From positions 496,001 to 560,000 of the forward strand of contig OZ025781.1 in NCBI GenBank assembly GCA_964019425.1: 64,000 bases of DNA. Reading direction: 5' to 3'. Made by a program: the position numbers and the translations under genes. Below are positions 51,505-62,981 of the stretch, piece after piece (positions within the stretch are counted from its first letter, which is position 1; the number at the start of each line of letters is the position of its first letter). The notes below the pieces were generated by a model. That model made no database searches and was not told where the DNA came from. It saw only the letters and a list, made by a program, of their open reading frames with translations. Origin of the DNA: Flectonema sp. DT1601 (taxonomy: Eukaryota).

Positions 51505-54500
51505 GTTGGCCGAACCAGTGCCTCGTCATCTCACCGTGCTAGCAAGCCTGAATGACAGCACTCAAAATGGTACATATAATTGTTCACAAATCACTTCTCT
51601 TGACCTTTCAGGTCTTAGTAGTGTCACCAGTATTGAAAGTTTTTTTTTGTCTAATTGTTCACAAATCACTTCTCTTGACCTTTCAGGTATTAGTAGTGTC
51701 ACCAGTATTGGAGTTTGTTTTTTGTCTAAGTGTTCAGAAATCACTTCTCTTGACCTTTCAGGTCTTAGTAGTGTCACCATTATTGAAAGTTCTTTTTTGT
51801 CTTATTGTTCTGAAATCACTTCTCTTGACCTTTCAGGTCTTAGTAGTGTCACTAGTATTGGAAATCATTTTTTATTTCGTTTTTCAGAAATCACTTCTCT
51901 TGACCTTTCAGGTCTTTGTGGTGTCACCAGTATTGGAAGTTCTTTTTTGTCTAATTGTTCACAAATCACTTCTCTTGACCTTTCAGGTCTTAGTAGTGTC
52001 ACCAGTATTGAAAGTTTTTTTTTGTCTAAGTGTTCACAAATCACTTCTCTTGACCTTTCAGGTCTTAGTAGTGTCACCAGTATTGAAAGTTTTTTTTTGT
52101 CTAAGTGTTCACAAATCACTTCTCTTGACCTTTCAGGTCTTAGTAGTGTCACCAGTATTGAAAGTTTTTTTTTGTCTAAGTGTTCACAAATCACTTCTCT
52201 TGACCTTTCAGGTCTTAGTAGTGTCACCAGTATTGGAGATTGTTTTTTGTCTGAGTGTTCAGAAATCACTTCTCTTGACCTTAGTAGTGTCAACTCTTGG
52301 TCTTAGTAGTGTCACCAGTATTGAAAGTTCTTTTTTGTCTAATTGTTCAAAAATCACTTCTGTTGACCTTTCAGGTCTTAGTGATGTTAAAGAAATTGGT
52401 GATGCCTTCTTCGATAATTGCAGTGCCCTGGAATCTGTTCAGCTGCCTGAAAATAATGGCGCTCTCTTTGAACCGTCTGTGAAAGCTGCGATTAATCATT
52501 AAATGTAAAGTGTTGAATTGATTATTGGTTGTCATGTATTTTATATTTTTAATGTTTTGTTGTCAATAAAACGTGGTATCAACTTTTACCAAGTGACGAG
52601 ACCTCGGAATCTATGATTCTCCTCGCGTCTCATCACTTCTCTTCCGATGATATTATTCTGCCAAGTTATCTTTTTTTCCCTGAGCGTTTAGTATTACTGT
52701 TTGCGATTATACAAAAATCTACGTCTGTTTTCTGAGTAATCTTTTTTTTTGTTCCGACGAAGTCAGAGAAGAAACTATTCAGATTGAAAGTCGATATTTC
52801 TTATGGTCATGATTAATTTTCACCATGCGACAGGATTTTATCTGTGTTCAACGAAATATAAGGCTGATCTGAATGGTTTTTTTGTTCTTATTTTGTGTCA
52901 AACCCCCGTCCTTGGATCTGACAGGTATTTTTCAGTTGAGTACTTTGATATTAATTTAATTTCAATATCAAAATTCCATTTTTGGTAACGTGCCGCTAAC
53001 AATGAATGAAGAGGGAGAAAAGCTTCTGTTTGGTTGGGTCAACCAACTGAACGTTTCTCCGCCGATATCGGGACGGAAATTATTTACAAGATATTCGTAA
53101 AATGTATCAAGCGAAAGTTATTTTGTAGTGTTCATTCTTTTATCAGACTTTCAAGCCTTTCCCCGTTTTCAATAATAAATCTTAATCCCACCCGCCATTC
53201 CTCGTAGTGCCGATCCTCCCCAAGAGAAGATCGGCACATTAATGTTCATGAAGCAGATACTCTAAGGCAGACGTCTACTCGTCGTCAAGGGTAGACCGCC
53301 AAGTTGACGACCCTATATGTATATGATTACCGAGTGAATTGTTTTCTATCCTTCATCATCATCTTTCTTTCATCAGGTGCAAAAAGAATGCAATAGTTGA
53401 TTACCGAGTACAACAAAGTTTTTATATTTATCACTCTAATTTACTAACTCAGTAGATGTAAATTCATGTAGCGTTGGTGCATCAAAGTAGTTGAGAATTT
53501 GAATCGAAACTGCCTCGAAGATTCTGTTTTTAAGTTGTCAAAGTTTCACCCCAACCTTCGGATTTAATAAAAGAGCTGTTTTATTATTTTTAATATAAGC
53601 TAACTCATTTGTTTGAAAAAAATGATTTCCAATTAATGTCTTTGCTGAAAAAACCCGTCGATGCCACCACCCCGACATTATTTGTTAGGATTATACAGAG
53701 CCCCCTCATGTTTTCTAACTGAATTCTGGATAACACTACCATAATTTATGTAAAGTGAGTACTCCGCTATTAGTGTTGCTACGAACTAACAATATGGGTA
53801 GGCCATCAAATTCTGATGGATAGTTTAGGGGGGGGAGTAGGGGGGGGGTACAAGCATCGAATTTACGGAGATTTTGGGCACTTTCGGTTTTTTTCCGGAG
53901 AACAAGTTTTTTGGGCACCCAAACTATGAAAACTGCAACATATACCCCAAAAATGGGGATTGCGATCCAAAGAAACAGTTCTTCGGCACTTTAGAGCAAG
54001 TCTTTGAAAAATCTCAAAAAGTGTGGACCGTGTGGGTACCTGAGGGGGGTGAAAACAAGGGGTGTGTTAGGAGGGCTCACAAAAATTACAAGTAATTCCG
54101 TGCATTGAGCAATCCATAACCAGGGTTTCCCTCTGAGTTGAGTGGGGAATGAAATGGGAACCCAAGTTTTATTTTTATCGACCTGATTTGAACCTTAATA
54201 ATATGCTCCACCAGACCGGGCTTGTTAATTCCCCCATGTCCGATGTTTAGGCTACTGGCCTTCTCTTGAGCATCCCATGTGCTCAGCTTTTGAAATTCGG
54301 CTCGAAGCTGTGCTTCTTTCTGTACAAGATAGACAGAGGACCAATCCTTGGATACAGATGGCAGATTAGTATTAGACCTTGCTGTCTAGAGGTCTTCCCT
54401 GTGAGGACGGGGTGGTACGTTCAGCCCCTGTAGCGCCTCCTGTTGTGCTTGTTCTTGCCAATTTGAAGAGGGTCGGTGGTCCTGCGTTGATGTGGTAGCC

Positions 54501-55424
54501 TTTGGAAGTCCGTGTACCTCTGGAATATGTTGTACGTTATCAGTAGAGTAGCATTCACGCCACTGGTTCCATCAGTTGACCAAGAACTATCAACAACACT
54601 GAATAACCTCCCCATCCCTTGAGGGGTGCAGGATGACAACGAACGCCACGGTTGTTAGCTTCATCCCACGAGCACGACGGTACCAGAGGAAGTATCATGC
54701 TGCAGCAATTTGACGGAGGGTGAGGAGGAAGCTGCTGCTTCAAGAAGTCAGGTCACCGACAGATCACCTGTGAATCCATCAAGTCGGACTGTCCTTCGAG
54801 ATACAGTTGGTGACTTCGACCCGCTTCTCTTCTGTCTGCGCACCTGCGACAGCTTCAACTATGTCACTCACTCAGGACTTAGTTAGATCTCTCTGCGCCG
54901 ATCCCTTCTTGCCGCAATATCTGCAGTGTAGTTACGACTCCAAGACTCTAGGAGTATGTCCCCCTCGTTTGGGTACAGTTGCAAGCGGATGTGTCTTCCG
55001 TACTTCTTCGTATGCCGCATGTACTGAAGTGTCTTGTATGCCCTGCTGGTGAGTATGGTTGGGTCTTGAGTGATGCCTTGAACGGCTTTTTGGACGGGGC
55101 ATGTTGCCCTATGTCGCTGTTGCTATCTATGGCACTGCTATTTGATGCACTACCACTACAGCTGTCTTCAGGCTTATCCCTGTTTGGGGTACAGACGTGG
55201 CGCTTTGTCTATTCTGTGAGCCTTCTGTGATCACGATTCAGATACTGGACGTTTTTGGACCCCTTTCTCACGCGTATCTTGCTTCTGACTGTCCAAGTGC
55301 TGTTGAGTGACTTCAGGGATGCCTCGGGAGGTGTTTTCATGCACTCCGGGATCAATGCTCTCTTCCGCAGAATGACTTTGTGAGCTGCCCTGCAGAACGT
55401 CGTTTTCCGCTGCGTTATCCTGCC
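48620..55424. repeat. Segmental duplication, copy 2 (pairs with 36952-43756)
   Basis: Offset 11668, near-complete identity. Confidence 0.95.
51578..52502 (+). pseudogene. 3' half of the interrupted Ubl-LRR gene, copy 2
   Basis: Identical to 39910-40834, including the frameshift. Confidence 0.85.
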
Positions 55425-55559
55425 CGTGAGCCTCGTGGCATGGCCGAGCGAGAGCGCTGCTCTTTTTCGTGGCGTGTTCTTGAAGCGGAAACTGATACGG
55501 AAATGGTATATTAGCACACTGCGTGCACAGGGACACACTAAGGTCACCTCTTCTCATTG

Positions 55560-58500
55560 TAAAAAAAAATTATTTGAAGGTGCATTTCACAGGCCTCAAA
55601 ATTGGACCCCCAGGTACCACGCGGTCCACACTTTTTGAGATTTTTCATTCCTTTGCCGAAATCAGCCAAATCGAGGTTTTTTCGGCCCCGAAATCACATT
55701 TTTGGGGGTTCTGATGGGGTCCTGGGTATTTTTTGCCCCCGGGAAGGTTATATTTACCAAAATTCGGAAAAAGTACTTTATCAAAAAGTAAAAAATTTCT
55801 AGCTTAACCAACATTGCGAATACTTCCTAACTTCATTGCATTCTTTGTTCCTGTTGTCGTATTATTGGTTGGGTGTAGTTGATATCTGTTAGAGTTATTT
55901 TATTGTTGTTTCAGGGACCCTTCTGGGAGCTCAGTACATCATTTTATATTTTAGTCCTCTCTCTTTGAATATTAACTCTGGTTACGTTACATTCAGGTTT
56001 GGTTGGTTGTAAGTTGCTTTTTAAAAGTTTAAATATTTTAATTCGAATTCAGAACAAACATAAAATGAAGTTGTCGCTCGCCCTTTTGTCGCTCCCTTGT
56101 TTGGCTGCCGGACTTACGGCCTCGGCCGAAGACGTTGCCCACCTTGCGTTTGACTCGTTCAAGAGCCAGTACAACAAGAAGTACGTCAGCGAGGTTGAGG
56201 AAGCGAAGAGATACGAAGCCTTCAAGGCGTCGCTCGACAGAGTTGCGGCCTCTGGAAACCCAACTCATGGAATCACGAAGTTCAGTGACATGACTCCTGA
56301 GGAGTTCAAGGCAACGTACTTGAGCGCCCGTCCTCTTCAGAAGAGCAGCCCACCTGTTGCGGAATGGGATGGTGAGTGCACTGCTTGCAAGAGATTCCCT
56401 GAACTCAGCAACCTGAAGAACGCAACCTCATTCGACTGGACTACCAAGGGAGCAGTGACCAAGGTGAAGAACCAGGGACAGTGTGGATCTTGCTGGAGTT
56501 TCGGAACTACCGGAGACATCGAGGGGACCTGGTTCTTGGCTGGAAACGACCTCACTTCCCTCTCTGAGCAAGAGTTGGTGTCGTGTGACAAGACCGACGA
56601 TGGCTGTGGTGGAGGTCTTCAAGAGACAGCTTTCGCTTGGGTGATCAAGCAGGGAGGACTGACCACTGAAGCTAACTACCCATACAACTCAGGTGGTGGC
56701 CGTGTAGATGCTTGCGAGGAGGCGAAGAAGAAGCCAATCGCCGCTTCAATCAAGACCTGGTACCAGGTGTCGAAGAACGCTGGCGGGGAATCGAAGATTG
56801 AATCGCAGCTTCCCCACGTTGGACCGATCACCATCGGAATCAACGCCACCCCTATGCAGGACTACAAGGGTGGAGTTGACAACCCAAGATTGTGCTCTGG
56901 ACTTCAGCTCGACCACGCTGTGTTGATTGTTGGATTCGGAACTGACAACGGTGTTGACTACTGGAAGATTAAGAACTCATGGGCAGCTGACTGGGGAGAG
57001 GAGGGTTACTACAGAATCGTTCGTGGTCACAACAAGTGTGGTCTGGCGAACGACGCTGTCCACAGTGTTGCCGGTAAATAGGCTGTGGGGTTGTATTATA
57101 ATTATTTCGTGTTTACACGTTTTCTCATCCATCTTATTTAGTGTGAAATGTTTGACGAAAGAACAACAACCAGTGAAAATGGATGTAAGTTCAGAACATG
57201 GCAGCCATTTCTTATATAAATAGTTCTAGAATGACTGCCACCTATTCCTCTCTTGTCTAATATAGGAATAGCCTGTGTGTCGTATCGCACAGCATATTAT
57301 CTATACTTTTATTTTTGAATCTTATAAAGAGGTTTTTGGACATCGATTCTGTTCAAGTCCTGCTTACGAGTGAATGATGTATCTTGTTTGTGCTATTAAA
57401 TGGTGACTGGAGTTCTTCTACAAAAGCATCTGGTGCCTAACTGTTCGATATTCACGTACTTTTCCTTGTTTAAAGAAGTGTCTGTTGTCAAGGATTAGTA
57501 AACAAAGAATCTTTGAACTGCTCTCTGTATTGTCGTGGTGGTCTTAACCGTATAGCATTATTGTATTCCATCAAACAGTTAACCGAACCACACACAAAAT
57601 GAAGTTGTCGCTCGCCCTTTTGTCGTTAAGGGAAGTAGCACAGTACTGAGGAGGTGGATGAAAGATTGCTCTTGCGGAATTACAGAATTCAATTATTAAG
57701 TTATCGATTCTGTGTTTTCTAAGTCGGAATGTGTTCTTAAGTTAGTTAATTTATTTATTATTTACTGCAACAGGATGTATGACAACAATCAAAACTGTTC
57801 TTTAGTTGCCTTTGCTAGACAGATACCTCAATCCCGTATAATTTACAGGGGAAATTCGGTGTATTTTGGGCCACTTTTTGTTGGCCTTTTTTTTGGTGCA
57901 TTTTGGGGCTGGGTAAGGGGAACGGTCCGAAGAAAAGATTATTTTTAATCATAGCCCGAAACCAACTTGTTTGTTGTCCTACGAACTTTTGCATTCGATT
58001 GAATTTTCCCGCCCTCTCCCCTTCTTTTGACTGATAACCATTAATACTAACACATTGGTATTCCGCGTTCCCTGATATATTTATATAGGGGGACTGTGTT
58101 AAATGGTAAAAGAAATAACCATGTTGACGTGGTTCCCTTGGCTGAGAAGGGCAAACGCGATGAGTAGGACAGGCCAGACACCGCAGTGTCTCCCTTGCTT
58201 TCTTCGCTGAAGAGGGCTGGGTAAGGGGAATGGTCCGAAGAAAAGATTATTTTTAATCATAGCCCGAAACCAACTTGTTTGTTGTCCTACGAAATTTTGC
58301 TTTTTTTTTGATTGTATTAATACTAACTCATTTGTTTGAAAAAATGATTTCCAATTAATGTCTTTGCTGAAAAAACCCGTCGATGCCACCACCCCGACAT
58401 TATTTGTTAGGATTATACAGCCCCCTCATGTTTTCTAACTGAATTCTGGATAACACTACCATAATTTATGTAAAGTGAGTACTCCGCTATTAGTGTTACT

Positions 58501-59389
58501 ACGAACTAGCAATATGGGTAGGCCATCAAATTCTGATGGATAGATTAGGGGGGGGGGGTGTGTCCTGTCGGTTCCGTATGTGAAATCTATTACAATTAAT
58601 GAAGACTTGGTTGTGGATTTAATTATTAATTTATTAGAGGATTCAGACATTCTAGTTTTTAGAGAAGAGCAAGACGGGTCATGTTATTTTATAGGAAATT
58701 ACAACTACAGAATATGTTGCACTATTCAGGAATCGAAGCTGCTTTTTCAGTTTTTCCTTATTACTTTACGATTGTTGCCGTCGTTTTGGAACGCTTCATC
58801 AATATTAATAAACCTTTTCGTCTTTCAGTAGATTCCAAAAAAAAAGGAAACAAATAAAAACAACAACAGCAATGCAAGTTTTTGTGACGTGTCCGGATTT
58901 GGGATTCCCTGCGGTGTCAGTCACGGTTGGTGCTGATTCTGTTGTGAGCGACGTGTTGACGGAAGCGGCTGGCGAGTGGGATGTCGATGCGGAGGAAGTT
59001 GTACTGTTGTTCGCTGGTGATGTCCTTTGTGAAAGTGAGCGGCTGGCAGATCATGGAGTGGGTGGAGACAGCGAGTTGGAAATGCGGAAGAAGCTGATTC
59101 GGATCTTCGGTAAAAACTGGTTTGTTGATGATAGAAAAAGGGAGATGCTGCTTCTTTGGATTAGAGACCACAATACGGAGGATTTATATCTGGACACTCC
59201 CACATTCTTGGAGGATGGTTGCCTCACTGTTGACAAAAGATTGCTTCCTTCAGATGCCAAACGGATTTCCTTCCGCCATTCAAACTCCAACAGCACGGTC
59301 ATCTCACAAGTTACTTCTATTGGAGATGACTTTTTATATGATTGTTCAGAAATCACTTCTCTTGATCTTTCAAGTATTAGTAGTGTCAC
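55560..59389. repeat. Segmental duplication, copy 2 (pairs with 32841-36670)
   Basis: Offset 22719, near-complete identity. Confidence 0.95.
56065..57081 (+). CDS. Papain-family (C1A) cysteine protease, copy 2
   Basis: Protein identical to 33346-34362. Confidence 0.95.
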   Translation: MKLSLALLSLPCLAAGLTASAEDVAHLAFDSFKSQYNKKYVSEVEEAKRYEAFKASLDRVAASGNPTHGITKFSDMTPEEFKATYLSARPLQKSSPPVAEWDGECTACKRFPELSNLKNATSFDWTTKGAVTKVKNQGQCGSCWSFGTTGDIEGTWFLAGNDLTSLSEQELVSCDKTDDGCGGGLQETAFAWVIKQGGLTTEANYPYNSGGGRVDACEEAKKKPIAASIKTWYQVSKNAGGESKIESQLPHVGPITIGINATPMQDYKGGVDNPRLCSGLQLDHAVLIVGFGTDNGVDYWKIKNSWAADWGEEGYYRIVRGHNKCGLANDAVHSVAGK

Positions 59390-62300
59390 CAGTATTGGAG
59401 TTTGTTTTTTGTCTGAGTGTTCAGAAATCACTTCTCTTGACCTTTCAGGTCTTAGTAGTGTCACTAGTATTGGAAATCATTTTTTATTTCGTTGTTCAGA
59501 AATCACTTCTCTTGACCTTTCAGGTCTTAGTAGTGTCACCAGTATTAAAAGTTCTTTTTTGTCTTATTGTTCAGAAATCACTTCTCTTGACCTTTCAGGT
59601 CTTAGTAGTGTCACCAGTATTGGATATCAATTTTTGTCTAATTGTTCAGAAATCACTTCTGTTGACCTTTCAGGTCTTAGTAGTGTCACTAGTATTGGAA
59701 ATGATTTTTTATTTCGTTGTTCAGAAATCACTTCTCTTGACCTTTCAGGTCTTAGTAGTGTCACCAGTATTAAAAGTTCTTTTTTGTCTTATTGTTCAGA
59801 AATCACTTCTCTTGACCTTTCAGGTCTTAGTAGTGTCACCAGTATTGGATATCAATTTTTGTCTAATTGTTCAGAAATCACTTCTGTTGACCTTTCAGGT
59901 CTTAGTAGTGTCACCAGTATTGGAGATTGTTTTTTGTCTTATTGTTCAGAAATCACTTGGGATCACGACACCTGCCTCCTCGCGGCGGTCCCGGACGACT
60001 TCGATAGGGGTCGACAAAACAGTGTCAAACACAAGAGATGCCAACAACATCAAAACCATCAAAACCAGCTACAACATCCAGAGCATACAAACCCTGGCTT
60101 GTCAAATAAAGAACGGAATAAACTAGCCCATGCCTTGAATGGCAATGGTGGACCAGGAAAGGACAGCAGAGACCGACGCCCGCGAGACGATACTCGCGAC
60201 AGGGACGAAAACCGTCCAAACAAGGAGGAACGTCGCATAGCGAAGCTCGAGAAAGAGAAACTCGACTCGCTAGACGAGATAGAGGAAGAGAAGCAACGAC
60301 TGGGGCAGCAGAGAATGGCCATGGAACAGCACCACCACCAGAAGGAAACCAACCTTCAAGGACAAGAAAAACAGTTGGAACAGCAACGCCAACACCAACA
60401 ACAAGAACTGCAAAGTCAGTACCACCAACAACAGCAGCAACTGCAAAGCCATCATCAGCTGAAGGAAACGGAAAGTTTCCAGAAGGAGCAAAACCTACAG
60501 GCTCAACTCAAGGAGCGACACCAGCACCAACAGAAGGAATTGGAGAAGCAATACCGCCAACAACAACAGCAACTGGAAAGCCAACAGCAGAAGAAGGACG
60601 CCGAGTCTGAACAGCAAACACATCTGACTCGGTTACAACTACAGAAGGAAAAGGAATCCTTCCAGACAGAGAAGGAACGGCTCCACCTCCAGCTGGATCA
60701 GCAGTTGAAGAACGAGAAGGAGCACCTCCACCAACAACTCCAACAGAAGGAAGACGAGGTTCGTAAAGAAAAGTTAGCAGAGAGAATAGAACTCCAACAA
60801 CTACGAGATGAACTAACTCAACAAGAACAGAACATCCAACGACGTGAGGAAGAGGTGAACCGAGGACAGCACCAACTACACCAACAACAACAACAACTAG
60901 AGCAGCAGCAACAGCAATCGCAACATCAGCAACTGGAACTACAACAACAACGGCAACAACAGCAACAGCAACAACAGCATCAACAACTGGAACTACAACA
61001 ACAACAACAACAACAGCACCAACAACAGCATCAACAACTGGAACTGGAACAACAACAACTACAACAGCAACAGCAACTGCAACAACATCGACAACCGCAA
61101 CAACAACCGCAACAGCAACCCGTACACTACATGCAACATCAACCGTATGCAACGTACGACACCTACGCCCAGCAGCAGCAGTCTTCCCACTACGAAGGGC
61201 TACAACAGGAACTGAAGCGCGAAAGAGAGGAGAAGAGCGAACTACGCGAGATGCTCCGAACTCTCCAACAACAACTGGACGGATTGAGAGAAGAACTCAA
61301 GGCCCAACATGCTGAGGCGAAGAGGCAGCAGGAAACGGCGGGACGAGAAGCGAGAGAGATGCAAGAACGTTTCTTGCTAGAACTCGAAGCGGAACGGGTC
61401 CAGATCAGAGGGCTCAACTCGCTGAGAGAAGAGGAAGAGGAACTTCAGATGGACACCACCCCTGATCAGGAAGCAAACACGGAAGTGAAGCAAACGCCAC
61501 CGGTGAAGCTGCCCCAAGACGGTATGAGGGAGCTGGACGCCTCACGCAAGAAGCTGATGAAAGAAATCAATGAAGGGCAGGTAGCCGGACGATCGGCCAT
61601 CCAAGAGCAGATGGTCCGAGAGGCCGGGAGACTGGCGCAGACTCAGAAGAGCTGGGAGAACGCAGCACGCAAGGAGCGATCCAGGGTGGATAACCTCTCG
61701 CTGGCACCGGAATACTGGCCAGAGGGAATGGCGATCACGAAGGAGCAGTACGACGCCGGTGCAAAGGGAGTACACCTCACCACCAGAGAGGAGGCAAGGA
61801 AGAGGATGTCGGGAACACCTCCGGGAGCCTGGGAAACGTTATCCCTGGTAACCCTGGAACCACCATCAAGCACGGCCCAAAAAGTACAAGTGGTACTGAA
61901 GGAGACGACGAGCGACGGCGAGAAGAGAATTCTCAAGCAGCTCTGGATGACAACACTGGGAAGAGTGGTTGTACCATCCGGAACAGACGTCGTGCGGACG
62001 GAAAGCACGAGGGAGATGGTTGTCCGAGTGGACAAAAAATGGTCCGGAGAGAAGAGATGGTCGGAAGTGAAGCGCTCCCCGTTCAGAGCAACGGAGGAAT
62101 TGAAGAAGATGCCGGGGTACGTCGATACGTACAACCCGCGGATCGGAGACCAGAGCGTGACCGTGATGCTCAGGGTGAAGGTAGCCGAAGTGAAGAACTT
62201 CCTCCGAGAATCGGGGAAGGACGGCGTCTTCACCAAGGAAAAGGATCCGAGAGAGGAACGAGCAGTGAAGGCGGCGGTCATTTGGCTACCGAAGGACGAG

Positions 62301-62981
62301 ACGCTCGGAATCGCTCGGGACAAGGCTGTAGAAGTCGATGGAGGGCTGGGACTCGTGGTAAACGAACACGGACTCGGGCTTCGAGTGACCAGCTGGCAGG
62401 AAACGGCGGCGAGGGAGAAACTGCACCTGCCGGCTAAGCTACCGGAAACAAAGATCACGGGGATACCGATCGGCACAACCACCGACGAAGCGATCAAGTG
62501 GCTGATCACGAAGGAAGGCTGGGAAGTGAGGAAGACGAAGGAAGGCGTACGGAACGGCATGCGATGGATGGTCGTCCGCGGTCCGGTGAGAACGCAGGAA
62601 ACCATCACAGTGGATGGCGTCCTGTGCATGGTGGAGGCTGGGAAACAGAAGGAGGAAGTCGACCCGAAACGGAAGGAGACCAAACGCCCGAATGCGACAC
62701 CGACGAAACCAGAGAAAAGGCGTGACCCGACGGAGGGAACGGGAGGAAAGTGGTACACTCGATTGGAGTTCATCGAGTTTCATGGGAAGAAGAAGGGACA
62801 ACGCCTATGGTTAGAAGCCAGCAACCCAACACCAACTACGACGGCACCTACGAAGGCAGCGACCGCAACGACAACAGCGAAAAAGGAGCCCAAGTCGACA
62901 AAAAAGAAGGAGAACAGCTCAGTGGACGAGAGATTGGACCGACTGGAACGTCTACTGATGGCGTTCATGGAACGGAATTGA
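58872..62981 (+). CDS. Chimeric ORF: Ubl + 8 LRRs (58872-59958) fused in frame to retrotransposon ORF1 (59959-62981)
   Basis: Open 1369-codon frame with junction ...FLSYCSEIT|WDHDTCLL... Confidence 0.85.
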   Translation: MQVFVTCPDLGFPAVSVTVGADSVVSDVLTEAAGEWDVDAEEVVLLFAGDVLCESERLADHGVGGDSELEMRKKLIRIFGKNWFVDDRKREMLLLWIRDHNTEDLYLDTPTFLEDGCLTVDKRLLPSDAKRISFRHSNSNSTVISQVTSIGDDFLYDCSEITSLDLSSISSVTSIGVCFLSECSEITSLDLSGLSSVTSIGNHFLFRCSEITSLDLSGLSSVTSIKSSFLSYCSEITSLDLSGLSSVTSIGYQFLSNCSEITSVDLSGLSSVTSIGNDFLFRCSEITSLDLSGLSSVTSIKSSFLSYCSEITSLDLSGLSSVTSIGYQFLSNCSEITSVDLSGLSSVTSIGDCFLSYCSEITWDHDTCLLAAVPDDFDRGRQNSVKHKRCQQHQNHQNQLQHPEHTNPGLSNKERNKLAHALNGNGGPGKDSRDRRPRDDTRDRDENRPNKEERRIAKLEKEKLDSLDEIEEEKQRLGQQRMAMEQHHHQKETNLQGQEKQLEQQRQHQQQELQSQYHQQQQQLQSHHQLKETESFQKEQNLQAQLKERHQHQQKELEKQYRQQQQQLESQQQKKDAESEQQTHLTRLQLQKEKESFQTEKERLHLQLDQQLKNEKEHLHQQLQQKEDEVRKEKLAERIELQQLRDELTQQEQNIQRREEEVNRGQHQLHQQQQQLEQQQQQSQHQQLELQQQRQQQQQQQQHQQLELQQQQQQQHQQQHQQLELEQQQLQQQQQLQQHRQPQQQPQQQPVHYMQHQPYATYDTYAQQQQSSHYEGLQQELKREREEKSELREMLRTLQQQLDGLREELKAQHAEAKRQQETAGREAREMQERFLLELEAERVQIRGLNSLREEEEELQMDTTPDQEANTEVKQTPPVKLPQDGMRELDASRKKLMKEINEGQVAGRSAIQEQMVREAGRLAQTQKSWENAARKERSRVDNLSLAPEYWPEGMAITKEQYDAGAKGVHLTTREEARKRMSGTPPGAWETLSLVTLEPPSSTAQKVQVVLKETTSDGEKRILKQLWMTTLGRVVVPSGTDVVRTESTREMVVRVDKKWSGEKRWSEVKRSPFRATEELKKMPGYVDTYNPRIGDQSVTVMLRVKVAEVKNFLRESGKDGVFTKEKDPREERAVKAAVIWLPKDETLGIARDKAVEVDGGLGLVVNEHGLGLRVTSWQETAAREKLHLPAKLPETKITGIPIGTTTDEAIKWLITKEGWEVRKTKEGVRNGMRWMVVRGPVRTQETITVDGVLCMVEAGKQKEEVDPKRKETKRPNATPTKPEKRRDPTEGTGGKWYTRLEFIEFHGKKKGQRLWLEASNPTPTTTAPTKAATATTTAKKEPKSTKKKENSSVDERLDRLERLLMAFMERN
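59959..60026 (+). ncRNA. Predicted HDV-like ribozyme (copy C)
   Basis: Core identical to copy B. Two changes lie near the 3' strand of P2 (GACAC/GUGUC retained). Confidence 0.82.

Larger units (their letters stand above)
43832..51577 (+). mobile_element. Full-length APE-RT non-LTR retrotransposon copy B (~7.75 kb) inserted in an LRR unit
   Basis: Flanked by tgttcagaaatcactt and tgttcacaaatcactt (15/16 match, TSD-like). Contains the 5' ribozyme, ORF1, ORF2 and a ~73-nt 3' UTR with no poly(A). Confidence 0.95.
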
